From: a virus
DNA length: 64,000 nt
Virus record (IMG/VR): IMGVR_UViG_3300020477_001932
Location: 10,257 to 74,256 of that record
Direction: 5' to 3' (one strand)
In this document: piece by piece, positions 9,681 to 18,916 of the stretch
Position numbering within the stretch: the stretch's first letter is position 1
Layout: each line of letters starts with the position of its first letter
Position numbers and translations under genes: made by a program
Notes under the pieces: generated by a model
What the model was told of the DNA's origin: nothing
The model's database searches: none
What the model saw: only the letters and a program-made list of their open reading frames with translations

Positions 9681-10574
9681 ATGAAACTATTATTTCTATT
9701 TGCAAAGAGATTTATTGCTGGATATGACTTTGCATCTGCAATACCAGTTATCCAAAAACTTATGGATGATGGTTATAAAGTATCAGTTGATTATCTTGGT
9801 GAGTTGAGTGAGACCGAAGAAGATTGTGAAAGAGCTTACCAGCAATATTTAGAAATTGTAGATTACTATAAAAATAATAAAATTGATATATCCATTAAAC
9901 CATCACAATTAGGTTTAAAAATTAATAAAAATCTTTGTCAAAAGTTTATGGGTGGAATTGTTGGAAAGGCTTTTAGAAATGGTTTGACTATTCGTTTAGA
10001 TATGGAAGATGATTCTTTGATAGAAGATACGATAGACTTATGTTTAAGGTTGCATAAATTTTATCCGAATACTGGATGTGCGATACAAACTAATATGTAT
10101 CGAACTAAAGATGATCTAACCAAATTATTACAAAATAAAGTATCTATTAGATTAGTTAAAGGTGCATATAGAGGAAATAATAAAATAGCTTATCAGAATA
10201 AGAAACAGATTGAAAATTTGTTTTTGAAACAAAGCTTACAGATATTATCTGATCGTTGTCGTTCTTATTATCATTTAAAAGATAAAAGAACACCCATTCA
10301 TGCAATAGGTACACATGATAACAATATTATTAAACAGATTATTCATTATAGTAAAACGATTAATATTAAGAAAGAAGATTTTGATTTTGAATTTTTATAT
10401 GGAATTAGAAGGGACATTCAAACAGAGCTATTAGATTCAGGCTATAATGTTAGGCTTTATGTGCCATTCGGCCAACAATGGCTACCTTATACGCTTAGGC
10501 GGCTTAAGGAGTTTAAGAACTTAAAATTTGTATTTTTGAATATTTTTCGTGAATTTTTTTCCAAAAGACCTTGA
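9681..10574 (+). CDS. Monofunctional proline dehydrogenase (FAD, PRODH family)
   Basis: RFIAG, DYLGE, SIKPSQLG, RLDME, RLVKGAY, GTHD, LYGIR and YVPFG..W.PY..RRL.E motifs. Confidence 0.9.
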   Translation: MKLLFLFAKRFIAGYDFASAIPVIQKLMDDGYKVSVDYLGELSETEEDCERAYQQYLEIVDYYKNNKIDISIKPSQLGLKINKNLCQKFMGGIVGKAFRNGLTIRLDMEDDSLIEDTIDLCLRLHKFYPNTGCAIQTNMYRTKDDLTKLLQNKVSIRLVKGAYRGNNKIAYQNKKQIENLFLKQSLQILSDRCRSYYHLKDKRTPIHAIGTHDNNIIKQIIHYSKTINIKKEDFDFEFLYGIRRDIQTELLDSGYNVRLYVPFGQQWLPYTLRRLKEFKNLKFVFLNIFREFFSKRP

Positions 10575-10632
10575 CATTTGAATTTTAGATGTTATTTATA
10601 TAGTAACACTAACTTTTCAAAGGAGATTTAAA

Positions 10633-11049
10633 ATGACATTTTTAACAAAACGTAACAACCATGACTTGTTTCCAAGTTGGATGGATTTCGACCGATTCGA
10701 TAATTTTTTCAATTTAGACCCATGGACAGCTGGCTTAGAACATAGACCACAGAATAAGTATCGCTGGGATGAAACTGAAGATGCTTATATGATTGATATT
10801 GTTATGCCAGGTATGACAAAGAAAGATATTGACATTACATTTAAGAATGAAATGTTGTCTATTAAATGCACTAAAGAAGTATCGGAAAAAGACCAGAGAT
10901 TCTTGGGTGTAAAAACTGAACAATCTTTTAAGAATTTTCCAAGTACGATTGACTCCAATAATATTTCAGCAGAAATGGGTGATGGGGTCTTGACTATTAC
11001 ATTACCAAAGAGAGAGTCGGATAAACCGAAAACTATTGACATTAGATAG
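10633..11049 (+). CDS. Small heat-shock protein (Hsp20)
   Basis: MPGMTKKDIDI and ISAEMGDGVLTITLPK alpha-crystallin motifs. Confidence 0.92.
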   Translation: MTFLTKRNNHDLFPSWMDFDRFDNFFNLDPWTAGLEHRPQNKYRWDETEDAYMIDIVMPGMTKKDIDITFKNEMLSIKCTKEVSEKDQRFLGVKTEQSFKNFPSTIDSNNISAEMGDGVLTITLPKRESDKPKTIDIR

Positions 11050-11056
11050 TGAACAT

Positions 11057-11081
11057 GGGGAGCCAGTCTCCCCTTTTTTTT
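11057..11081 (+). terminator. Rho-independent terminator after hsp20
   Basis: GGGGAG-CCAGT-CTCCCC-T8. Confidence 0.85.
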
Positions 11082-11092
11082 ATGAGGAGATT

Positions 11093-11296
11093 ATGAGTAG
11101 TGAATTTGAAATAAGTGATGATGAATTAGAAGCCATTGATAGAACTGAATGGATTGAAAAAGTATATTATGAAGATGGAGTTAAGATAACTAGATATAAG
11201 CCTGTATGGTGGAAAGAAGGATTATCGAAAACTACATTAAGGGGAAAACCACGGAAACCAAGTTTTGGGCCGAGAACTCCGATTGAAAATTGGTAA
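11093..11296 (+). CDS. Hypothetical protein
   Basis: GAGGAG RBS before ATG at 11093. Confidence 0.6.
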   Translation: MSSEFEISDDELEAIDRTEWIEKVYYEDGVKITRYKPVWWKEGLSKTTLRGKPRKPSFGPRTPIENW

Positions 11297-11311
11297 TTGA
11301 GAGGATATATA

Positions 11312-12283
11312 ATGGATTTAACAATATGGGCTTTACTTGGTTTTTTGTTTGCGTGTTATGCGGTAACTGCTAATGATAGTATTCAAACACTAGGAACTTA
11401 TATCTCATCTAATAGAGATATTAAGTGGTATTACCAATTTACATTTATGGGTACTATCTTTGTTGGTACAATGTTATATGGATTTGGACAATATGATCCT
11501 GCCTTTGGTAGATTAGAAAAATTCCCCAATATAGATGTTCAATGGTATCATGCAGTAGCTCCATTAATCTTGATTGGACTAACAAGATTAAAAATTCCTG
11601 TTTCAACAACATTTTTAGTTTTATCAGTATTTGCTACATCCGTAGTAATGGAAAAAATGTTATTAAAAAGTTTTCTAGGGTATGCAGTATCTTTTGTATT
11701 CGCCTTTGTTTCATGGTATCTTATTAGTAGATATGTATTAAACGAAGGTGAAAAGGGTAAAGATGAACATAATAACTATTGGAGAGCATCCCAATGGATT
11801 ACTACTGGTTGGTTATGGTCAACATGGTTAAAACATGATATGGCAAATATCATGGTATTTCTTCCACGTTATCATCCAGCTGGAAATGGAACTTATGAAG
11901 CACTTGTATTGATTTCTATGTTAGCAGGTCTTGGATATATGTTTTATGAACGAGGAGGAAAAATCCAAGAAATTGTAATGTCAAAAACTAATACAAGATA
12001 TGTTCGTTCAGCAACATTGATTGATCTTGTATATTGTTTTGTTCTATATTTCTTTAAAGAATTAAATAATATTCCAATGAGTACAACATTTGTTTTTATG
12101 GGAATGTTAGCTGGTAGAGAATTGGGCATTTGGGTTTGGCTTGGATATGGAAATTTGACTTATGGTAAAGAACATAGAAAAGCAATATTTCCAATGTTAT
12201 ATACTGATTTTCTCCGACTAATGCTTGGACTGGCTGTTTCCGTATCACTTGCATATGGCGTTTTTTACTCTAACTCCTTGTAA
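11312..12283 (+). CDS. Polytopic membrane protein, PiT/PHO4 phosphate-sulfate permease-like
   Basis: Many TM helices; internally repeated motifs ANDSIQT/HDMAN and PVSTTF/PMSTTF resemble PiT GANDxAN and PxSTT signatures. Confidence 0.65.
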   Translation: MDLTIWALLGFLFACYAVTANDSIQTLGTYISSNRDIKWYYQFTFMGTIFVGTMLYGFGQYDPAFGRLEKFPNIDVQWYHAVAPLILIGLTRLKIPVSTTFLVLSVFATSVVMEKMLLKSFLGYAVSFVFAFVSWYLISRYVLNEGEKGKDEHNNYWRASQWITTGWLWSTWLKHDMANIMVFLPRYHPAGNGTYEALVLISMLAGLGYMFYERGGKIQEIVMSKTNTRYVRSATLIDLVYCFVLYFFKELNNIPMSTTFVFMGMLAGRELGIWVWLGYGNLTYGKEHRKAIFPMLYTDFLRLMLGLAVSVSLAYGVFYSNSL

Positions 12284-12372
12284 AATAGGGACTTATGAAT
12301 ATAATGTCTGTAAGTCCCCATTTCTAAAGGTCTCGGTCGTTTCTTTGTAAATCGTTTAAAAACAATAGTTTA
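12271..12372. repeat. Three degenerate 25-bp palindromic boxes upstream of an early promoter
   Basis: TAACTCCTTGTAAAATAGGGACTTA (12271), TAAGTCCCCATTTCTAAAGGTCTCG (12311), TAAATCGTTTAAAAACAATAGTTTA (12348); the same motif occurs at 55406-55502. Confidence 0.7.
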
Positions 12373-12384
12373 CAGATACACTTT

Positions 12385-12417
12385 TTCCTTGTAATAAAAC
12401 GCGCATTTTGCTATAAT
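12385..12417 (+). promoter_or_regulatory. Early promoter for the vWA gene
   Basis: TTCC-TTGTAA-17bp(TGC)-TATAAT. Confidence 0.85.
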
Positions 12418-12454
12418 AATAACAAAATTGAATAAAATAAGAGGCGAATATATT

Positions 12455-14725
12455 ATGGTAAAAATTGAAAGTAAAGAAAAACTAGCAAAACTACTTGCGA
12501 TGGAAGATATTGACATTCAGCATCGCAATGTAAGAACCGCTATGTTTGATGTTAAGAACCGCGTTTTAACTCTGCCTGTCTGGAAAGATATGCCAAATCA
12601 TTTATATGATTTATTAGTCGGCCATGAAGTTGGGCATGCTCTTTTCACTCCGAACAATGAAGAAAAGCTCACCAAGTTAATCAAGAAAACTTCTAAACAT
12701 TGTGTTAATGTTGTTGAGGACGCAAGAATAGAAGCTCTGATGAAACGAAAGTACCCCGGATTGAGAAAACAATTTTATAAGGGCTATAGTCATTTAGTTG
12801 AGCAAGACTTTTTCGGTCTTTCTAAAATGGATATTCGTCAAATTAATTTGTTGGATAAAATCAATCTTACTTTCAAAATTCCACAGACTGTAAACGGACT
12901 TATTGAGTTTAATGAGCAAGAGCAATCTTTTATTGATAGAATTGCAAAACTCAAAAAGTTTTCTGAATTGGAAAAGTTGTGCGTTGAGATTTGTAAATAT
13001 ATTAAAGAGAATCGCGAAGAAGATGAAAATCAAGATTCTATCTTTGATGAAGATTCACATACTTTTGTTACGGAAGAAAGTGAAGATTTGCAGGGCGAAC
13101 AAATGGAAAGTGAGCCTGAGTCTGGTGAAGATGATAAAGAAGCTGAATCCGAATCCGAGTCTGGTGAATCAGATGAGGAAGATGAAGGCGAAAAAGAAGC
13201 TTCGGATTCTAAAGAAGATGAAGGCGAAGATATGGATTCTAACGCAGAAAAGCACGCTGGTTCGCCTGATTATGATGAATCGGAGTCTGATGATGAAGAT
13301 TTGAAGTCCGAAACATATAAGAATTTTGAAGATAATATTAAGAAAGATTTAACAAGTTATAATCAGGATAATGTTTACGCAACAATTCCAGAGTCTATTT
13401 GTTATGATAATATCATTGACTATAAAGACGCTTGGAAGGCCTTTGATAATTATTATTCAGTAGAAGGCTGGAAAAACGCACTTGCGTCTGATGATTATAA
13501 TGTAAAGACGCGATATGATTGGTATTTTAACAATAACTTTGTTGTAAAAACAAAAGAGATTTTTGATAACGCAAAACAAACTCTTAATAAGATTAAAAAA
13601 GAGTCTGTTAAAAATGTTAATCATATGGCCATGGAGTTTGAGCGAAAGAAGTGTGCAGATATTTACAAACGCACTTTACTTACTAAAACTGGTGTTCTGG
13701 ACACTAACAAGTTATTTTCTGCAAAATATAATGATGATGTTTTCAGAAAAAATGTTAGAGTTCCAGAAGGCAAGAATCATGGTTTGGTTATGTTCATTGA
13801 CTGGTCTGGTTCTATGGCGCAAAACATGGATGGTTGTGTTAAGCAGTTAATTGAGCTGGTTCTTTTCTGTAAGAAAGTTAATATTCCGTTTGAAGTTTAT
13901 TCTTTTACGGATGTTATGACCGGCAAAGATAAGAAAAGAACATTCAACTATAAGCATGGTGATTTAATGGCTGATACTAAAGTAACTTTGAAAAATTATG
14001 TATCATCAAGAATGAAAGCGAAAGAGCTTCAAGACGCAATGTTAAACTTGGTAGTTATTTCAAACTCTATGCTTAGTGGTTATACTTCTTATCCGATTCC
14101 AGATGAGGACCGTCTTGGATATACTCCGTTGAACGGAGCAATCTTGGCTTCTGAGCATCTTATTAGAGATTTCAAAAAGTCTAATAATGTGGAAGAGGTA
14201 CACGCAGTTTGGATAACAGACGGTGAAGGCAATCAATCTTATAATCTATATAATGGTGAAACTGGTAACGGCCAGGGTGTTCATTATGAAAAAGGCTTGT
14301 TGTTACAAGATAAGAAATCTAAAAAGTCTTATAGAGTAACACGACGCAATTTGACTCCAGCATGTTTTCAAATTGTTAAAGAGCGTCTTGGTTGTAACAT
14401 TGTTGGATTTTATATAGAAGCTAATTTTGGTAAAAAGCATTTCATGCAAAATCATTTTTGGAAGTGTAGATTTGGAAACGGTCAAGTAGAATTTTCAGCG
14501 TGGTTTGCACAAGCTAAAAAAGATGGTTTCTTTGTAAGAACGGAAAATGGTTATGATGAATATTATGTTATCTCTAACGCACCACAAAATATTAAAACTA
14601 ATGAGATAACTGATAAAATGACAGCGCGTAAAATGGCGGTAGTTTTCGGCGCACAATCGACTAAATTTAAGAAAAGTCGCGTAATTTTATCGAAATTCAT
14701 TGATTTAATCACAAAAAAGTTCTAA
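12455..14725 (+). CDS. Metallopeptidase-like/vWA (MIDAS) protein, partner of the MoxR ATPase
   Basis: HEVGH motif, NVVEDARIE, acidic linker, DWSGSM MIDAS motif, TPLN, ITDGE. Confidence 0.88.
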   Translation: MVKIESKEKLAKLLAMEDIDIQHRNVRTAMFDVKNRVLTLPVWKDMPNHLYDLLVGHEVGHALFTPNNEEKLTKLIKKTSKHCVNVVEDARIEALMKRKYPGLRKQFYKGYSHLVEQDFFGLSKMDIRQINLLDKINLTFKIPQTVNGLIEFNEQEQSFIDRIAKLKKFSELEKLCVEICKYIKENREEDENQDSIFDEDSHTFVTEESEDLQGEQMESEPESGEDDKEAESESESGESDEEDEGEKEASDSKEDEGEDMDSNAEKHAGSPDYDESESDDEDLKSETYKNFEDNIKKDLTSYNQDNVYATIPESICYDNIIDYKDAWKAFDNYYSVEGWKNALASDDYNVKTRYDWYFNNNFVVKTKEIFDNAKQTLNKIKKESVKNVNHMAMEFERKKCADIYKRTLLTKTGVLDTNKLFSAKYNDDVFRKNVRVPEGKNHGLVMFIDWSGSMAQNMDGCVKQLIELVLFCKKVNIPFEVYSFTDVMTGKDKKRTFNYKHGDLMADTKVTLKNYVSSRMKAKELQDAMLNLVVISNSMLSGYTSYPIPDEDRLGYTPLNGAILASEHLIRDFKKSNNVEEVHAVWITDGEGNQSYNLYNGETGNGQGVHYEKGLLLQDKKSKKSYRVTRRNLTPACFQIVKERLGCNIVGFYIEANFGKKHFMQNHFWKCRFGNGQVEFSAWFAQAKKDGFFVRTENGYDEYYVISNAPQNIKTNEITDKMTARKMAVVFGAQSTKFKKSRVILSKFIDLITKKF

Positions 14726-14793
14726 AGCCTTTTAAAAACAAGGACTTGGAAGTGCATTTTTTCCTTGTATTACTTGTTGATATTTGGTATAAT
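14724..14793 (+). promoter_or_regulatory. Palindromic box plus early promoter for the MoxR ATPase gene
   Basis: AAAGCCTTTTAAAAACAAGGACTTG followed by TGCATTTT-TTCC-TTGTAT-17bp(TGG)-TATAAT. Confidence 0.8.
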
Positions 14794-14836
14794 TTACTTA
14801 ACAAATGAGAATTATATAAACTAGGAGCATTATATT

Positions 14837-16099
14837 ATGACAAACAATGAATTGAAAAACGTATTTTTGGAAAAGCTTGGTGAAAAATTTGGTAGTGATG
14901 TTTTTACTATCCAAGAAGCAAAAGACTTATTCGAGCAAGAGGGCCTCGGACAAGTTAAAAAATCTAAAGACGCATTTAGCGCTGGTTGGATTTATGTTCA
15001 TACGCATATACTTTGTAAGAATAAAACTACTGATGGCTCTCGGGGAAAATATTGTTTAAATACTTCCGTTGAAAACATTAAAAAAGAGACAAAGAAATCC
15101 ATTAAAAAGGACTTGGAAATTATCCAAGAGCCAGTTGTGTCTCCGGTTGTTGAAACTGAAAAAGTAGAAATGAAATCAGTCGAAGCAACGGTTATGAATC
15201 TTATTCCAAAAAAAGACCCTACTTATGTAACATTTGGTCATTTCAAAGATGTTAAATCTATCATTGAAAGTAAAATCTTTTATCCGATTTTCATTACTGG
15301 ATTGTCTGGAAATGGTAAAACTTCAATGGTTCGCGAAGTGTGTGCGAAATTGAAACGCGATATGGTTCGCGTGAATATCACCGTTGAAACGGATGAGGAC
15401 GATTTGCTTGGTGGCTTTCGTTTGGTAAATGGTGAAACGGTTTGGCAAGACGGACCGTTAATCGTTGCTATGAAAACTGGTGCTTTGGCATTGATTGATG
15501 AAATTGATTTGGCTTCTCATAAAATCATGTGTCTCCAGCCCATTTTGGAAGGGCAACCAATTTATCTTAAAAAGATAAACCAAGTTGTTTATCCAGCAGA
15601 AGGCTTTAACGTAGTTGCTACTGCAAACACCAAAGGCAAAGGTTCCGCTGATGGCCGTTTCATGGGGACTAACATTTTAAACGAGGCATTTCTTGATCGC
15701 TTTGCAGCGACTTTCTATCAAGAATATCCATCTACCAACGCAGAAGCGAAAATTCTTAAAAAGCAGTTTGCTTCTAAAGAAATGGTAGAGGACGATTTTG
15801 TTGATAAACTTGTTAAGTGGGCTGATGTTATTCGCAAGGCCTTCAAAGATGGTGCTGTTGATGAAATCGTTACAACGCGTCGTTTGATTGACATTGTTAA
15901 GACGTACTCTATCTTTAATAATAAGATGAAAGCAATTACAATGTGCTTGGAGCGTTTTGATGATGAAACGCGAGATTCTTTTGCGGATCTTTACACCAAA
16001 GTAGATGCTGGTGCTTCTTATGAAGAAATCGCTGGTGAAGCTGGTGTTCAGATTGAAGAAATGGAAGAAGAAAACAAAGATGATGGAGTACCTTTCTAA
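14837..16099 (+). CDS. MoxR/CobS-like AAA+ ATPase
   Basis: GLSGNGKT, TDEDDLLGG, LIDEID, ATANTKGKGS and NEAFLDRF motifs. Confidence 0.92.
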   Translation: MTNNELKNVFLEKLGEKFGSDVFTIQEAKDLFEQEGLGQVKKSKDAFSAGWIYVHTHILCKNKTTDGSRGKYCLNTSVENIKKETKKSIKKDLEIIQEPVVSPVVETEKVEMKSVEATVMNLIPKKDPTYVTFGHFKDVKSIIESKIFYPIFITGLSGNGKTSMVREVCAKLKRDMVRVNITVETDEDDLLGGFRLVNGETVWQDGPLIVAMKTGALALIDEIDLASHKIMCLQPILEGQPIYLKKINQVVYPAEGFNVVATANTKGKGSADGRFMGTNILNEAFLDRFAATFYQEYPSTNAEAKILKKQFASKEMVEDDFVDKLVKWADVIRKAFKDGAVDEIVTTRRLIDIVKTYSIFNNKMKAITMCLERFDDETRDSFADLYTKVDAGASYEEIAGEAGVQIEEMEEENKDDGVPF

Positions 16100-16485
16100 T
16101 GAGATTTATGATTTTCATTTTAATAATATTGTATCATGTTCCGTTATCTGCATTTGAAAAACAAGATTGTGATATTATGAGATATGAAAAAGATAATATT
16201 ACATTTGGTTTTAAAGCCGGTGGCCTCTTTTGGGGTATCGGTCCGGAAGTTACTTTCGGAAGTATCTCTGGTGTAGAATGGCGTGATAATCTGCAATATA
16301 TGGTTGCGGAGTATCAAGAATTATGTTCCAGATATAATACTGGCAGAGTTTCTAAAGTAGAATATGATAAAGAAATTCAAACGATAATTGAAAGAAGCCG
16401 GGATTATACTTTTAAAATAAATGAGTATTTTAGAAAAAAGAAAAATTTAATTTTTAATGAACTTGAAAGAGAGGTTTCAAAATGA
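16099..16485 (+). CDS. Exported hypothetical protein
   Basis: Signal-peptide-like N-terminus; coupled to neighbouring genes. Confidence 0.65.
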   Translation: MRFMIFILIILYHVPLSAFEKQDCDIMRYEKDNITFGFKAGGLFWGIGPEVTFGSISGVEWRDNLQYMVAEYQELCSRYNTGRVSKVEYDKEIQTIIERSRDYTFKINEYFRKKKNLIFNELEREVSK

Positions 16486-17108
16486 AAAACTATATTATGA
16501 TTTTCGCTACTATGTCGCTTTTAATGTTAAACGCTTGTACGGGTATGCAAAAAATTCCGGATCCTGCACCAAAAAAACTTTCAGATTATAAACCACCTGC
16601 ATGGGTATTGAAGGGGTCTGGAGCATATACTGATGCTCGTGGTAAAGCATTCTTTGGTGTCGGTTCTGCAACTGGAATCAAAAATTATTCACTACAAAGA
16701 ACGGTTGCAGATGATCGAGCTCGTAGTGATTTGGCAAAAGTGTTTGAGTTTTATATTGGTTCTTTAACAAAAGATTATCAAGCACATACTACTGTTGGAA
16801 ATTTCAAAGAATCAACGGAAGAGCAAAACGCTGAAGTTGCTATGAAAATTGTTGTATCACAGACTTTGCGTGGAGTTGCTATTGTTGACCATTTTGAAAT
16901 TCCAGAACGTCAGGAGTTTCTATCTTTAGCACGTTTGGATTATGATAAATTTGAGTCAAACATAGAAGCTAATGAAACATTCCAAGAATTGCCTGCAAAG
17001 GTCCGTGAAGAAATTAAAGATCGTGCAGAAAAATTGCATGAAGAATTGGAAGAAGCTTCACGGAAACTAGCAGAAGGTAATTGTTGGAGTGGTTCTACTG
17101 ATTGTTAA
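16482..17108 (+). CDS. LPP20-like lipoprotein
   Basis: Lipobox LNAC; PAWV, FFGVGSA and ADDRARSDLAK motifs. Confidence 0.75.
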   Translation: MKNYIMIFATMSLLMLNACTGMQKIPDPAPKKLSDYKPPAWVLKGSGAYTDARGKAFFGVGSATGIKNYSLQRTVADDRARSDLAKVFEFYIGSLTKDYQAHTTVGNFKESTEEQNAEVAMKIVVSQTLRGVAIVDHFEIPERQEFLSLARLDYDKFESNIEANETFQELPAKVREEIKDRAEKLHEELEEASRKLAEGNCWSGSTDC

Positions 17109-17128
17109 TTTTTATAGAGGAATTGATT

Positions 17129-18352
17129 ATGCGATATGTACTTACATTTATGATGTTGTTGGTTGTCTCATTTGTTGAAGCATCCCCCGCACCTGATTGG
17201 GTATTTGGAAAGGGCCACCCCTCTTATGACCCTAACCAATACCTGATGGGTGTTGGATATTCTAAAGAAAATACTGTTTCTGCAAGTGAATCAGCAAGAG
17301 CAGAATTGATTAAGAGTATTAGGGTGAAAGTCAATTCCACTCTTAAAGATTATAAGAGTAGCGAAAAATCATTTTCCGAAGCTTCCATTAGTTCGGAGAG
17401 TGATTTTCTCTTAGAGGGATCGCAAGTAAAAGATGGTTGGTATGATGAAGAAAAAGAGATTTTTTATTCTTTAGTAGTTATTAAGAGGCAATATGTATTA
17501 GATACTCTTTCTGATTTAATTCAAAATATTGTTTCAAAGAATAGTTTAACGCTTAGACAGGCTGATACATTCTATAATAATGGCGCTATATTAAAGGCCC
17601 TTGTTTACTATTATGATGGCTATGTTGAAAGCACTAAGCTTTTTCCTTACATACAGACCTATAAAAGTGTTATAATGGAACCTACAAATCAAGTTTTGGA
17701 AGAAAATTATAATCTTTTATTTAAAGAGAAAATTCAAAATATTGTAGAACATATTGATATTGAGAAAATAGATAGCTTTGTTAAAGATAATAATGTTTCT
17801 TTAAAAGTTAAAGTTGTCCATAAAGGAAGGGGAATAGACTTTCCAATTAAATTTTATAGTGTTTATAGGCATCATGTAGAAAGAGTTTTTTGTAAAAAAG
17901 AAGGTTGTGAAACTAAAGTTTTATTTACAAGTGTTCTAAATAAAGAAAATCGTATTTTTATAAAAGCAGTTCCAGACTTGAAAACATTTGAAAAACTCTT
18001 TACTTATAATTTAAGTGAAAGGCTTTTTAATCGTATTGGTTTACTGAATGTAGCTTTAAGAGATACATTACAAAATCAAAAAGATATAGCTGAAGAAAAA
18101 CATTATGCTTATATGAATAAAGAATTAGATAAAAAAATGAGTAGAGACCCTTTTGTTCCACTTGAACGAGAAGTCCAAAATATGAGAGCTAGACAGAGGG
18201 GACAAAATAACTATGGCCCGGATTGTGAAGTAGGTTGTTTTGCACCGCCTGTTAGAATATTTGGTGGCAGTAATAGTGGTAATATAAATTTTAATATCGG
18301 TTTTGGTAAAGGTAGAAATCGGGGTAATATTAATATCCATAAGGAGTGGTAA
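17129..18352 (+). CDS. Exported protein with N-terminal LPP20-like domain
   Basis: Signal peptide; PDWV...YLMGVG...ASESARAELIKSI. Confidence 0.7.
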   Translation: MRYVLTFMMLLVVSFVEASPAPDWVFGKGHPSYDPNQYLMGVGYSKENTVSASESARAELIKSIRVKVNSTLKDYKSSEKSFSEASISSESDFLLEGSQVKDGWYDEEKEIFYSLVVIKRQYVLDTLSDLIQNIVSKNSLTLRQADTFYNNGAILKALVYYYDGYVESTKLFPYIQTYKSVIMEPTNQVLEENYNLLFKEKIQNIVEHIDIEKIDSFVKDNNVSLKVKVVHKGRGIDFPIKFYSVYRHHVERVFCKKEGCETKVLFTSVLNKENRIFIKAVPDLKTFEKLFTYNLSERLFNRIGLLNVALRDTLQNQKDIAEEKHYAYMNKELDKKMSRDPFVPLEREVQNMRARQRGQNNYGPDCEVGCFAPPVRIFGGSNSGNINFNIGFGKGRNRGNINIHKEW

Positions 18353-18355
18353 ATT

Positions 18356-18916
18356 ATGCCAAGAGAAATGTTGAAGTTGAGAAAAGGTGATTCGGCCATT
18401 ATGATTAAAGCAGATGGTTCTATTCAAATGGCAGGGTTGAATGATAGACCTTTGATAGATGAAAAGGGTGCAATTTCACCTTGTATTTTGTTTGCAGCTG
18501 CATGGGCAAAAAAAGATCAGAAGCTTTTAATGGATTTAGTAGAAAATTTTAAGACTTGTGTTAAAGAAGGATATTTCGGTCCTGAAGCGCAAAGTGATTA
18601 TAAAGCAATGGAAGCAGCTGCAGCGTCAGCAACAACTACACAGGCTGCTTCTGGTACTGTAACAAAAGAAGCATGGAATAAACATAAAGCAGAAGAAGAA
18701 CGTCTTAAAGCACTTGCTGCACAAGGACAGGATCCCCAAGTAAAACGCCAGATGGATGCTCTTAAAGCTGGTGCAAGAAAAACTACAACAAAACCATTTG
18801 AAGGACATTTAATAAAAGATACAGCTTCTGGAGCTGTAACTGTAGGTACTGCAATTATTGAAGAACAACCTAAACCCTTAACAAGTGAAGAAGCTGTAAC
18901 AAGGAGAGATTCGTAA
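18356..18916 (+). CDS. Hypothetical protein (paralog of 28569..29366)
   Basis: AAGGAG RBS; shares the KL...DSA....ADGS motif with the ORF at 28569. Confidence 0.7.
   Translation: MPREMLKLRKGDSAIMIKADGSIQMAGLNDRPLIDEKGAISPCILFAAAWAKKDQKLLMDLVENFKTCVKEGYFGPEAQSDYKAMEAAAASATTTQAASGTVTKEAWNKHKAEEERLKALAAQGQDPQVKRQMDALKAGARKTTTKPFEGHLIKDTASGAVTVGTAIIEEQPKPLTSEEAVTRRDS

Noticed and set aside
10571-10600. TTGACA promoter before hsp20, or a reverse-strand late promoter (TATTTATA)
   Set aside because: There is no good -10 at 17-bp spacing, the TTCC element is missing and no minus-strand gene follows; left uncalled.
14837-16099. CobS/CobT cobalamin biosynthesis auxiliary genes
   Set aside because: The motifs fit the general MoxR AAA+/vWA pair common in T4-like phages; no CobN or other cob genes are present.
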